Part shown: in pieces, positions 32,757 to 43,971 of the stretch
How the letters are laid out: each line of letters begins with the position of its first letter
Numbering within the stretch: the first letter of the stretch is position 1
Notes under the pieces: generated by a model
The model's database searches: none
What the model saw: the letters and a program-made list of their open reading frames with translations, nothing else
What the model was told of the DNA's origin: nothing
Translations under genes and position numbers: made by a program
Source: Eledone cirrhosa
Taxonomy: Eukaryota
DNA length: 64,000 nucleotides
Assembly: GCA_964016885.1 (NCBI GenBank)
Contig: OZ024740.1
Location: 217,434,001-217,498,000 of the forward strand
Reading direction: 5' to 3'

Positions 32757-32858
32757 ATTGTTTCTACTTTTTAGGCACAAGGCCAGCAATTACCCAGTGC
32801 ATCACTGGTACTTTATTTTATCGACCCCGTAAGGATGAAAGGCAAAGTCAACCTCGGC
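32757..32858 (-). mobile_element. tRNA-derived SINE, 3' fragment, in the predicted 3' UTR
   Basis: Reverse-complement match to the 3' half of the SINE at 50510-50693 (GGCACAAGGCCAGCAATTACCCAGTG...TCGACCCCGTAAGGATGAAAGGCAAAGTC). Confidence 0.85.
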
Positions 32859-32945
32859 TAATAATTGCAATTTCTTTTAATAATAATTGCAATTTTTGTG
32901 AATAATAATTGTAAATTTTGTAAATAATAATTTAAATATTTTTTT

Positions 32946-32956
32946 AATAAAATAAA
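32946..32956 (+). terminator. Putative polyadenylation signals (tandem AATAAA) of the Cys-rich gene
   Basis: AATAAAATAAA about 240 bp after the predicted stop. The AT-rich context lowers specificity. Confidence 0.4.
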
Positions 32957-33019
32957 CAAACATACAACAACAATTTATTGTTTTCCTAGATTCTTCTTCT
33001 TGTTCTTCTTATTATTATT

Positions 33020-35722
33020 GGTCTAATCGGACGACTTTTTGCTCGCTTCTGTAAGTCTCCTTATTTACCTGCCATAATTATTTATTGTTAAATTTTTGTT
33101 GTTTTGTAAAGGATATAAGCCCTTGGACTTTGCCCTGTCAAGGGAAAAGTACAATATTCGAACCTTTTACATTTAAAAATTATCGAAAAAAAAAACATGG
33201 CTGAGCCATGCGCCCAACGGTATGTCTTGCTGACGTGCGACAACGACGCAAAAGTTGAGAGGAGTGTTACGCCGAACACAGAAATTGATACAACAAACAC
33301 CACCACAAACAACGTGAACACAGACAGCAATGACAAGAAGATTGAGAACACTAATTAAAAAAAAAATGACCACACAAACCACAACAGTAACAGCGACAAC
33401 CAAAATACAGACAACAGAAAAAATGACAACAAATGCAACAACAATATTAACACCACTAACATGAAAACAAATAGCGACAACACGAACAGCAATGATACAA
33501 ATTGTACCGAGAACAACAACAACGGCAGAACCAAAGACACAACCAACTGCAACAGTGACAACAGCAACAACACCAACAACATCATTTGTAGCAACAGCAA
33601 CAGCACAAACAACAAGACCAGTAGCAGCAGTAGTGGCGGCAACAATGATGCCAATGAAAAAGGGACCATCTCTTTTGCAAAGGTGGCTCGCAACGTAGAA
33701 ACGGTCCTGGTTACAGAGGAGGAGATGGCGGTCGCAAGACACATGGTAACCAGAACTGAATTTTCAGTGTCCTTGATACCACCAACCGACTTCCTGGGGG
33801 AACAAGAGCGACGCACAGTGTCATACCGCACGATTGCCACGAAATCGCGTCGTGAGGAGAGAGCCTCGGAGGCCCAAATCCAGAAGGCCTTGGGAAATGT
33901 GTGATCACGGTAAACCCACATCACCCGAGGCAAGAAATATGCTACTGTGGACCTTCTTTTTGCTACCACCAGGAAGCAAAATCACACTCACTGAGGACCT
34001 TACGAAGTGATGACATAATGTTAGTCCCGTTTTACTGCGGGAAAATAAATTGCAACGGTCAGGGTAACCCAGGTTCCGCCCTACGTACCCATGCCTTGGC
34101 TGGTCGTGTCTGTTCTTGCAGGAACAGAAGTGGAGGAGAGAGGACTGGTCAGGTATTGGAATGGAGATGCTTATCCCAACCGACCAGGATTGCATCAGCG
34201 CTATTCCCGACGTTATAGACCTATGGAATGGCTCCCAACTTCCCATATCTGTAGAAGGCAGGTGCCCAAAGTGTTTCAACTATGGATTGAAGTTTCACCT
34301 CAAGGCCTTCTGCCCAGAGAAAATAACAAAGGCGAAGTTTCCGCCGCCACAACCCCTTCCAACGCCGGAACCGCTGCCATCAGAAACAGAGCAGTCAGCG
34401 AAAATGTCAGGAGCTTCCACAGAGAGTAGGAAGACAACGTCCGTGGCACCCACACCAAATCCACGGACAACAAAAACAGCGGCGACAGCTGCAGCATCAG
34501 AACCAGGCTCCACCATCACAAACAACAACGCGCTTTTTGTGGAAGGGACGTTCTCCCATGGTCAGACGATCCATTTGCTGTCAACACCCGTTGCGTGGAG
34601 GACTAGTCTTGCCGTGGCTGATGATGTGCAAACATACGCTGGGGCTGCGACCTATCTGGTGCTTCCTTGACGGTGAACAGGTGTGGTCGCCGTTAGCCAG
34701 ACGCGCTTTTCCCCATCTCGTCTTCTTGATGGAGCTGTAGTCTTGATGGAGCTGCAGGCGCTCACCACCCTCTACCAGCTGGGCACTGATATCAGTAGGA
34801 CAGCCACCTCGGCGTTCTATAGCGGGCTAGTGGAAGTGAAGAGTGACAACGTTCTCTGGGAGACCCTGGGCGTCGAAGACGATAAGCTGTTCGCTCTCTT
34901 CAAGAGAACTTTCAGCCCGGGGCCTTTGGACAACTTCCAGAAATCCTTGGCCTGGTAGTGCTACCGGGGAGCGTTGCCGGTTCGGGATAAGCTCTACAGG
35001 CACGGAGGTGCTGTCAGCCGATCCTGTGTGAGATGCGCGCAGGGCGACGAAACCGCCCTGCACGCACTCGTTCTATGCCCGAGGATTGCTGACTTGTGGA
35101 GCTATGTCAAACAGTTGCTGTCGCGTGTGGGACATAACAGGTTATCGTCTGAGTTCATTGTGCAGATAGCCCCTCCATCCTCCTTTAAAGAGGTGGAAGG
35201 ACATGTAGTTTTCATCTGCCTGGTGGCCATGGCGAAAGAGATTGTGTGGTGGACAAGGTTGAAAGGGTTGAAGACGCACACTTTCCTCTCCGGCCAATCC
35301 CTTATTAACTTCTTCAAGTTTCACTTGAAGAGGAAAATCAGGGTGGAGAGGTAAGTGCTGTCTTCTAGTAAGTTTGTTGAAAGGTGGGTGAAAGTGGCGA
35401 GTGTGCTCCGAGAAAACGGGCCCGCTCTGAGTATGCACCTGTAGACTGAGGAGTGGGACAACTGAGAGAGGGCGCTTGCCCTGGTAGTCAGGGTGGCCGT
35501 GGTCTTTTGTGTGGTTTTCGCCACGAGTAACCCTCGGACGTTTCCCATCTTTTGGGGAATTTTTGTTGTTTTAATTTTTTAATTTGTTTTTATACGTTTC
35601 CGTCTTGTTATAACCTTTTTACACGGCCAAAACCCACTTTGTATCGTCCTGTACCGTCCTCAGCCGTCTGTATTTTTTTCCTCATGTTAGCGCTTGTGGC
35701 CAATAAAGAAACCATTATTATT
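33020..35722 (+). mobile_element. Tx1/L1-clade LINE, internally deleted (ORF1 joined to the ORF2 C-terminus at 34530/34531)
   Basis: ORF1 remnants (EAQIQKALG, CCHC-like knuckle) are homologous to 43972-46069. ORF2 C-terminus FLWKG...PVRDKLYRHGG...WWTRLKGL. Begins after (TTA)n and ends AATAAAGAAACC(ATT)3. Confidence 0.88.
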
Positions 35723-37185
35723 GCAGCCTCATATATTCAGGACGTATCGGAGGGTTCTTGCTGTTCCCAGCAAGCATGCCTTTTGAAGAGTTCCAAAAGG
35801 CGGGGCTGGACTAATCTTCTTTAACCATCCCTGGAAACTCTTTGAGATAGTACCTAATGCGCCTATGACAATCGGAACGACCTTGACTTCATGGCAGTTC
35901 CAAATCCTTTTTACCTCCCACTTTAAGTCCTGGTATCGGTTAATTTTCTCCCTCTCCCTTTCTTGCACTCTCGTGTCAAATGGGCAGGCTACATCTACAA
36001 GGAGGCACGATCTTTTTTCCTTGTCCAAAACCACCAGGTCAGGCCCATTGTGTTCTAATTTCTGTATCCTAAAATCCTAAAATCCCATAGCACCTTCACC
36101 TGATTGTTGCCTATCACATCATGTCTCCAGCCTTTATAGTGAGTCTGTGCTAGGTGTTTACACTCGGATACAATGTGAGCGACAGTCTCCTCTCTCCACA
36201 GATCCTACACAGTGCGCTAGCCTCCCCCTTGTCAATATGGTGCTTCACCCACTTTGTTCTGAGGGCTTGCTCTTGCGCAGCCATTAGCATTCCTTCTGTA
36301 GCTTTTTTAAGGTCTCCTCTTTTTAACCAGTTCCATGTCTGTGGATATCTAAATTCAGTTTTCTTAAAGAAGGTACTATGAAGGGATTTTTCATGAAGGT
36401 TGCTCTTCCTCCTCGTTGTTATTTCCTCCTTGGACATCCCCTGGTCTATTGTCTCCTCCTTCAGTACAATTTTGAGCATTGGCTCCCTACTGTCAGTCAC
36501 GTATTTGTACAGGTTGTTTTTCTCCCTCTGAACACAGTCCTTTATGCTGATAAGACCTCTTCCACCTTCAGATCTCTTTAAGTAGAGTCTATCTACATCA
36601 CTCCTCTTGTGGAACATGTTGTAGATAGTCAATAGCTTCCTAGTCTTCTATCCATTTCTTTTTGATCAGCAACATTCCATTTCAGAATTCCCGCACTGTA
36701 CCTAATAATAGATACAGCTCGGGAATTCTCTGCACTTATGACATTCCTACTATTTAGACATGATTTTAATACGTTCCTTACTCTCCGAATGTACTCAGAT
36801 CTTCTCAATTCCTTCATGTTTTTGTTCTTGATGTCATATTCCTCCAGAACGCCTAAATATTTGTATCCCTCTTCAGTGTCAATTTCCTTTTTCATCCCAC
36901 CTGTTGGTACCTGGATTCCCTTGCTGCTGCTCAATTTACCCCTCTTCATCAAAGGGACTCCACACTTATTAATACCAAATTCCATACATATATCATGCCT
37001 CGAGGTCTTCAAGGTGGCAGATAACATCAGACAGTTGTTGAGCAAACGTATGAAGTCCTGGAAATAGAGTTAACATCGGGTGGAGAATCCTTGGGAGGCG
37101 TGAAGACCAAGAGAGGTATCTTCCAGGGAGATAGTTTGTCCCCTTTGCTGTTTATCCTTGCGCTGATACCCCTGACCGTTATATT
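35723..37185 (-). mobile_element. Degenerate R4/Dong-clade LINE with an inverted 5' segment (36996-~37185 on +)
   Basis: Minus-strand fragments MEFGINKCG, YKYLGV, RLYLKRSEGGRGL, LLVDVACPFD...RYQDL. The plus-strand piece CLEVFK...RGIFQGDSLSPLLF matches upstream RT sequence of the intact element. Confidence 0.85.
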
Positions 37186-38658
37186 GCTCAGGGTCTGGTT
37201 CAGACCGGACCTCCAGATGGAGAAAAACTGGAGCGAGGTGACGAGCAAGGTGGCCTCCCTCACTCAGAAATGGGCTGAGAGGAAGCTGTCCCTGAAAGGC
37301 CGGGCGGAGGTGGCGAATACGTACATCACATCCGTCATTTGCTACCGCCTCACAGTCGTCCCTTGCCCCGGCCCGACTCTCACCAAAATGGAGTGCCTCC
37401 TCTTCCGCTTTTTGTGGAAGGGACGCGCTCCCATGGTCAGACGATCCATCTGCTGTCAACAACCGTTGCGTGGAGGACTGGGCATGCCATGGCTGATGAT
37501 GCGCAAACATGCGCTGAGACTGCGACATCTCTGGTGCTTCCTTGACGGTGAAGAGGTGTGGTTGCCGTTCGCCAGGCACGTTTTCCCACAGCTCGTCTCC
37601 TTGACGGAGCTGCAGTCCTGGGTTAGGAAAAGACCGAGCGATAGCGCTTGGAAACTGGAATGTCTCCAGGCGCTCACTGCCCTCTGCCAGCTGGGCACCA
37701 GTATCGGTGGAACATCCACCTCGGCGTTCTATAGAGGACTAGTGGAGGGGAAGGGCGACGACGTTCTCGGAGAGATCCTGGGCGTCGAAGAAGATCAGCT
37801 GTTTGCTCTCTTCCGGAGAACTTTCAGCCCAAGGCCTATGGATAACTTTCAAAAATATCTGGCCTGGCCGTGCCACCGGGGAGCGTTGCCGTCAGCCGAG
37901 CCTGTCCGAGATGCGCGCAGAGCGACGAAACAGTCATGCACGCACTCGTTCAGTGCCCGAGCATTGCTGACTTGTGGAGCTATATCGAACAGTTGCTGTC
38001 GCGTGTAGGACTGATCCGGTTATCGTCTGAGTCCATTATGCAGATGGTCTCGCCGTCCTTCGAGGAGGAAGGGCAGGCGGTTTTCATCTGCCTGGTGGCC
38101 ATGGCGAAAGAGATTGTGTGGTGGACAAGGTTGAAAGGGTTAAATACAGATACTTTCCTCTTCGGCGAATCCCTAATTAACTTTTTCAAGTTTCACTTGA
38201 AGAGGAAAATCAGGGTGGAGAGACAAGTGGAGAGACAAGTGGAGAGACAAGTGGAGAGACAAGTTTGTTGAAAGGTGGGTGAATGTAGCGAGAATGGTCC
38301 GAGTGAACGGGACCGCTCTGAATATACGCCTGTAGTTTGAGAGATGGAAACATTGAGAGAGGGCGCTTGCCCTGGTGGTCAGGGTGGTCGTGGTCTTTTG
38401 TGTGGTTTTCGCCACGCGTAACCCTCGGAGGTTTCCCCCCTATTTGGGAATTTTTCATTGTTTCAATTTTCAATTTTATTGTTTATATATATATATGTTT
38501 CTATGTCTTTTTCTTTTTCTTTTCTTATATAAATAATAAAATCTTTACACGAACAAAACCCATATCGTACCGTCCTGTACCGTCCTGTGGCGTCTGTAAT
38601 GTTTTTCTTGATGTCAGCCCTTGTGGCCAATAAAGAAATTATTATTATTATTATTATT
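37174..38658 (+). mobile_element. 5'-truncated Tx1-clade LINE with an (ATT)n tail
   Basis: ORF2 C-terminal homology to ~48345-49525. Four tandem copies of the 12-mer GTGGAGAGACAA near 38215-38262. Ends AATAAAGAA(ATT)7. Confidence 0.9.
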
Positions 38659-38820
38659 GTTTTTTGAATCTCAGTCATTGATGTTAGTTAACTGGAAAGT
38701 TTGTTGAAATGAATATCAAGCCACTACCTGCAGCCTCAGATATTCAGGACGTATCGGAGGGTTCTTGCTGTTCCCAGAAAGCATGCCTTTTGAAGCGTTC
38801 CAAAAAGCGGGGCGCGGCCA
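38659..38820 (-). mobile_element. Very short 5'-truncated R4/Dong copy (last codons plus 3' UTR)
   Basis: 38730-38815 matches 35723-35806 (LQKACLLGTARTLRYVLNI region); (TTA)n on both sides. Confidence 0.75.
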
Positions 38821-38823
38821 AAA

Positions 38824-41800
38824 TATTATTATTATTATTATTATTTGCATTTATCTTGCTTTATGTTTATACGAGTTATCACCAAGTCACAACCAGTGAC
38901 CTCAAGAGACAACAAGGTCCGCCATGTTCAAGAAAGAACATACATATTCACACATGCATCCTTAGTGTTTAGACTTGTGATGTACTTATATTGACAGGAT
39001 CTTCCTTAGTATATGCGCAGTTCCCATTAGTACTATCTTTTGTATTTCTCCTATACGCGGGTTTCCTGGGATTTGCGATAAGTAGTCGTTAGACCCCTTA
39101 GGTATCATTCCCAGAGCGCCTACAACCACTGGTATTGTTTTAGTTCTCAATTTCCACATTTTTCCAATTTCTATCTCCAGGTCCTTATACTTGCTCAATT
39201 TTTCAAATGTTTTTATAGATACATTCTTGTCTATTGGAACAGACATATCAATTAGCAGGCATACCCTCCTTTGAAAGTCCTTCAATATTATATCAGGTCT
39301 ATTTGCATCTATTTTTCGGTCTGTTTGGATGCTAAAGTTCCACAAGATTGAGATGTGATCTTTTTCAAGTATGGGAGGTGGTTGATGCTCCCACCAATTC
39401 TTTTGATGGGGCAGGTCAAAATGCTTACACATTATCCAATGTATGTATTGTGCAGCTCTGTCATGCCTGTTTAGGTATTCGGTTGGAGCTATAGGACTGC
39501 ACATTGAAATTATATGGTCAATGGTCTCTGGTTGTTTTTTGCATACACGGCATAATAGGCTGCACCCATTTTTTATTATGTTGGCTTGGTAATTTTTTGT
39601 TGGCAGACACTGATCTTGTGCCGATATAATCAGTCCTTCAGTCTCCGATTTCAGTCCAGAGGATGCCAACCACTGATGGGTTAAAGTTTTGTCAACATCA
39701 GGATTGTTAGCTCGCTCTGGGTATTTTCCATACAGAGGCTTTTCTTGCCATTTCTTAGCCAGTTTCTGTAGCAGTTCTTTCTTTGCAGTTACTTTTACCT
39801 GCTTTGCTTTTTCTGTGTTTTCCATTTCAGCAGTAAATGGGTCTTCTGAAACTTGTAGTCCATTACTGTATCTTTGTGCATCTTTTGTAATGGAATATGA
39901 TCTTTTGGTGCTTTCGTGTTTCAAAACGAGTTTGATCATCCAATCATGTGATTCCCTTAGATATGTGGATAATCCAATTGTTGCAGTTTTCAACGCAATG
40001 TCTAACTGGATTAACCCACGTCCTCCTTCTTTCCTAGGGAGATATATTCTATCTATGTCTGCCTTAGGGTGATGCATTCTGTGCATGGTTAAGAATTTTC
40101 GGATTTTTGTATCGAGCCTACGGATCTCTGTGCTTGACCAGTTGATGACATTGTAACTGTAGGTTACTACTGGTATGGCAAGCGTGTTTATGGCATCGAT
40201 CCTATTCCTTGCATTCAATTCCGTTCTTAAGATTGCTCTGACTCTGCGGTAACATTCCTTCCTTATCCTTTCCCTCATTGTCAAGTGCTTGATTCCGTCT
40301 CCTTCACAAACACCTAGATATTTGTAAGTTTTTTCTTGATCAAGCTCTCTTATCACGTTCCCCCGATCAAGATTAATGTCTGAACTCTTCAGCAGCTTTC
40401 CTCTGGTGAACGTTGCTTTGGCGCATTTATCCAGTCCAAACTCCATTTTAATGTCATCACTGAACTGCTTTACAGTGGATAATAGCCCTTGCAATTGTTC
40501 ATCATTTTTTGCAAATAGTTTCAGGTCATCCATGTAGAACAGGTGATTAATGGTTTTGTCATAGACTCTATATCCATGTTTTGTTTCATTGAGCATTTTA
40601 CTTAATGGTATAAGTGCGATGCAGAATAAAAGCGGTGATAAAGAGTCACCCTGAAAAATTCCACAATTAATGTTAACTTCTCCAGCTTCCAGTGATTTTG
40701 TTTCACTATTCAAAAGGAGTGTCGTTCTCCATGTCCTCATACTGAATGACAAAAACCTCCTGACAACGGGGGATATTTTGAAAATCTCTAAACATTTTTC
40801 AATCCAACTGTGTGGCAAACTATCGAATGCTTTTTTATAATCTATCCAAGCAATCGATAGATTTTTGTGTCTTTTATGACAGTCTTCCAGTATCATTTTG
40901 TTAACCAGAAGCTGATCCTTACAGCCATATGAGCCTCGTTTACACCCTTTCTGCTCAATGGGAAATAGGTCATTTGTTATCAGGTGGTCATATGTGTATT
41001 CAGTTAGGACTGATGTTAAAATTTTATACATTGTGGTCAAGCAGGTTATCGGTCTGTAATTTTTGGGATTGTTTGTCTCATCATTCTTCGGTAGCAGGAA
41101 TGTAATGCCGTTAACTAGCCATGATGGTATCTTTTCTGGCTCCTTAACTATTTCATTGTAAAGTTGGGCTAACAGCTCATGAGACTCTGTGAAGGCATTT
41201 ATCCAAAAGTTTTGTATTTTGTCTTTTCCTGGGGATTTCCATTTGCTGGTTTTTCTTAGAGCCAAGCGCAGCTGTTCAACTGTTATATTTTCCCATGTTT
41301 GTTCTTCAAGGTGAGCTGTTTCTTTCATTTGTCTGTCTATCCATGGGGCATGTATGTTATGAACTTTTTCTTCGGCCCAGATCTTTTCCCAGAATTCTTG
41401 CACTTCCTCCTTGGGTGGTATTGATTTAGCAGTTATTGTTGACTTACCAATTTTTCTGTAGAAGTTTCTTTGGTTGTTTTTGAACATATTATTGTCCTTA
41501 TAGAATCTAGATCGTTTTTCAAAGCGCCTTATACGAGCAGCTTTGGCCGACACTTTTTGCTTGATTGTTTCTATCAGCATGTCTATGTCACATGTTGATC
41601 TTATACTGTACTTTTTTTTCAATTTTCTAAGTTTAGTTTGTTTAACATGTTCACCTACTTTATAGTTTGTTAAAATTTCTATGTCAGATCGGAGAAGGTT
41701 TATTTGGCGATTGATGTTATCTTGCCGAGTAGATTTCTTGTGGGAATTCCTTTGTTTTTTCATCTTCACTCCACATAAGTGAGTGGTGACTTTAGCCGAT

Positions 41801-42815
41801 GCATAATAGAGATGATTTAAGTCAGTAATGTTTAGTTTGTTTGTGATGATAATGTTTTTGAGAATTATGTTAGTCTTGTGTATTATCTTTTGGTTCTGTT
41901 TGGAGTTCTGGATCTTAGGGAGGGTGTCTCGTTGTCCCATGTCAGATTCTTTCATTTTCATCCATTCGATCATAATTTCATCCTTCAAGTTGGCAAGTTC
42001 ATTCTCATTCATTTCTTTATCATTTACGATCTCATTATTTTCATTTGGAGTTTCATCCTGAGCATGCACTCCCTCCACTTTTTCGCTCCTTTCTTTAATT
42101 TGTTCTGTTGCCAGTGATTCCGCCCTAACCCTGGGATTCGAAGTGTTACAGTTTACCTCGTTTTCACTGACACATGCTTCATTTTCCCTTCGCTGACTTT
42201 GTGCTACTAGCTTGATCTGATCAATTTCTATATCAGTTAGTAACTTTTTTCTTACAATATTTCTTCGTATATTGGCTAGTTTGTTACTGTCAATATAGCC
42301 TCTGTTTTCGGGATGTTTCTTTTTCCAGTTGATATATGTTTGTTCTGTATTCGATGTATTTGATGGGTAGTACATGGCAGTGTAGAAAGCCTCAAGGACT
42401 TCTTTATTATCTTCCCTTGACCATTTTTCTCTCTTTTTCTTTGGATTTCTTGGTGGTGAGCATGGAGGGCCAACAGTAGGAGTATTCCGGTTATGGGAGG
42501 TCTCCAGCTCCGAAGTGATGAGAAGGTTTGAACCATTAGCTGATTTTTCGACCCCAGTCTGGTTCCTCTCTGAGGTACGCGGCACTTTTTTACCCGGGTG
42601 ACGGCCGATCCGGTATGAGATTTTATCATTAGACATTTACTTTATTTTGTCGCGTTTTATCCTTATCCGCCAAGGGGTAATCATTTCGTGTTACCACTTC
42701 TAGAACGCGTGTCAACCAAGACTAGAGGGGTCGTTCTCCCCTAGAGACATGGCTATTTCCCGCCGGCCGCCATCCCGGTATTTCTTGGTCACGGGGTTTT
42801 CTTTTTGTTGTTTTT
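38824..42815 (-). mobile_element. Full-length R4/Dong-like element ending in (TAA)n
   Basis: Single ORF, ~140-bp 3' UTR running into (TAA)n at 38824-38844, and a GC-richer ~170-bp 5' UTR. The 5' boundary is approximate. Confidence 0.85.
38986..42636 (-). CDS. Intact R4/Dong-clade non-LTR retrotransposon ORF (RT plus restriction-like endonuclease), 1216 aa
   Basis: RT motifs KSPGKD, YRPITCL, WIDYKKAFDS, GIFQGDSLSP, YMDD. CCHC CRVC..ETIDHIISMC. RLE motifs RHD, NRPDII, LIDMSVP, KLSKY. Confidence 0.93.
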   Translation of the reverse strand: MSNDKISYRIGRHPGKKVPRTSERNQTGVEKSANGSNLLITSELETSHNRNTPTVGPPCSPPRNPKKKREKWSREDNKEVLEAFYTAMYYPSNTSNTEQTYINWKKKHPENRGYIDSNKLANIRRNIVRKKLLTDIEIDQIKLVAQSQRRENEACVSENEVNCNTSNPRVRAESLATEQIKERSEKVEGVHAQDETPNENNEIVNDKEMNENELANLKDEIMIEWMKMKESDMGQRDTLPKIQNSKQNQKIIHKTNIILKNIIITNKLNITDLNHLYYASAKVTTHLCGVKMKKQRNSHKKSTRQDNINRQINLLRSDIEILTNYKVGEHVKQTKLRKLKKKYSIRSTCDIDMLIETIKQKVSAKAARIRRFEKRSRFYKDNNMFKNNQRNFYRKIGKSTITAKSIPPKEEVQEFWEKIWAEEKVHNIHAPWIDRQMKETAHLEEQTWENITVEQLRLALRKTSKWKSPGKDKIQNFWINAFTESHELLAQLYNEIVKEPEKIPSWLVNGITFLLPKNDETNNPKNYRPITCLTTMYKILTSVLTEYTYDHLITNDLFPIEQKGCKRGSYGCKDQLLVNKMILEDCHKRHKNLSIAWIDYKKAFDSLPHSWIEKCLEIFKISPVVRRFLSFSMRTWRTTLLLNSETKSLEAGEVNINCGIFQGDSLSPLLFCIALIPLSKMLNETKHGYRVYDKTINHLFYMDDLKLFAKNDEQLQGLLSTVKQFSDDIKMEFGLDKCAKATFTRGKLLKSSDINLDRGNVIRELDQEKTYKYLGVCEGDGIKHLTMRERIRKECYRRVRAILRTELNARNRIDAINTLAIPVVTYSYNVINWSSTEIRRLDTKIRKFLTMHRMHHPKADIDRIYLPRKEGGRGLIQLDIALKTATIGLSTYLRESHDWMIKLVLKHESTKRSYSITKDAQRYSNGLQVSEDPFTAEMENTEKAKQVKVTAKKELLQKLAKKWQEKPLYGKYPERANNPDVDKTLTHQWLASSGLKSETEGLIISAQDQCLPTKNYQANIIKNGCSLLCRVCKKQPETIDHIISMCSPIAPTEYLNRHDRAAQYIHWIMCKHFDLPHQKNWWEHQPPPILEKDHISILWNFSIQTDRKIDANRPDIILKDFQRRVCLLIDMSVPIDKNVSIKTFEKLSKYKDLEIEIGKMWKLRTKTIPVVVGALGMIPKGSNDYLSQIPGNPRIGEIQKIVLMGTAHILRKILSI

Positions 42816-43971
42816 TTTAAATTGTTATTATCATGAGTGGTTCCTTAATGTGAGCATTGCGTGGCTTAAGAATGAAATTATTAATAATTGTCTCCACTCC
42901 AGGCACAAGGCCAGCAATCACCCAGTGCATTACAATAATATAATATACTTTTTGTTGTAGTTGGCTGTTATTGCTGCTGGCTATGTCGGTGGTGGTGCCG
43001 GGGCTTTTTATATTGTTGGTGAGGAAGGGGTGAGCCAGCAGTCCCATAATTGTTGATGTAGACGTTTGGCCGTGGCAAGGTCACAAGTCAATCTATTTAT
43101 ATCTTTTGCTAGCCTCTCTCTTGTCTAGTGCTACCGCCACCTTCCCTTTTCTCTCTCAAGTTAACAGGGGAATAGTGTCAGTAGCACTGAATGAGTGGTG
43201 GCGGCGATGATGGATGTGGTGGGGTGGTGGCAGCGGTGGTGTTGTGGTTACTGATATAGTATCTATGAGTTTGTGTTCGTATGTTTAATATATATTTTCA
43301 TTATATTTTGTGTTGACATATTCCCGTAAAATTTGAATTAAACATTTTTTAAAATTTGAGACAATCATAATAGTAATTATTATTATGATGCCGGTGAAAT
43401 TGCCGTTATCTGGTGTGATGGGATAGGTAGTGTATCAAGTTTCTGGTGTTGGTGAAATTGAAATTGCCGCTGTTCTATATAGTGTAGACAGAGGGTGTTT
43501 TGTTCCATTTATAACCATTTTCTTTTTTTGAATACAAAATATATAATACAAAATTGAATATTTGAGCGATACAACAATATAATATGGATCCGAAACTTTA
43601 TGGGACCTCATTCGGTGCCTTTATGCAACATTTGTGCTAAGAATTGTTCTTTCACAATTGATTTAAATATGTTAAAAATCAGAAAACTTACGGGAGCAAT
43701 TTCGTGACGTTCTACCACCTCGTGCGTCTTCTTCCCTTATTATTATTATTATTATTGAATGCCATGGTTGACGGAGGCTCGGCTCTGTAAGGTATAGTAA
43801 TTTTTAACCGTTAAAACAATTGTAAATTGTTTAAAACTTGAACCAAATTGTTGATAAAGACACCCTCCTCCTCGTGAGAGGGGTCTTTCTGTCCGTTATT
43901 TGGCCCTTCGGGGTTAAATAACCAGTTATTGGGGTTTTGTACCCAAAATTTCATTTTAAACAAAAAACAAC

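Noticed and set aside
37091-38008. 305-aa ORF as a real gene
   Set aside because: Accidental in-frame fusion of a Dong RT fragment and a truncated Tx1, with no ATG start and incomplete domains.
43855-43915. HDV-like ribozyme in the Tx1 5' UTR (TCCTCGTG)
   Set aside because: Only simple hairpins fit by eye; I could not assign P1, P2 and P3 of the double pseudoknot.
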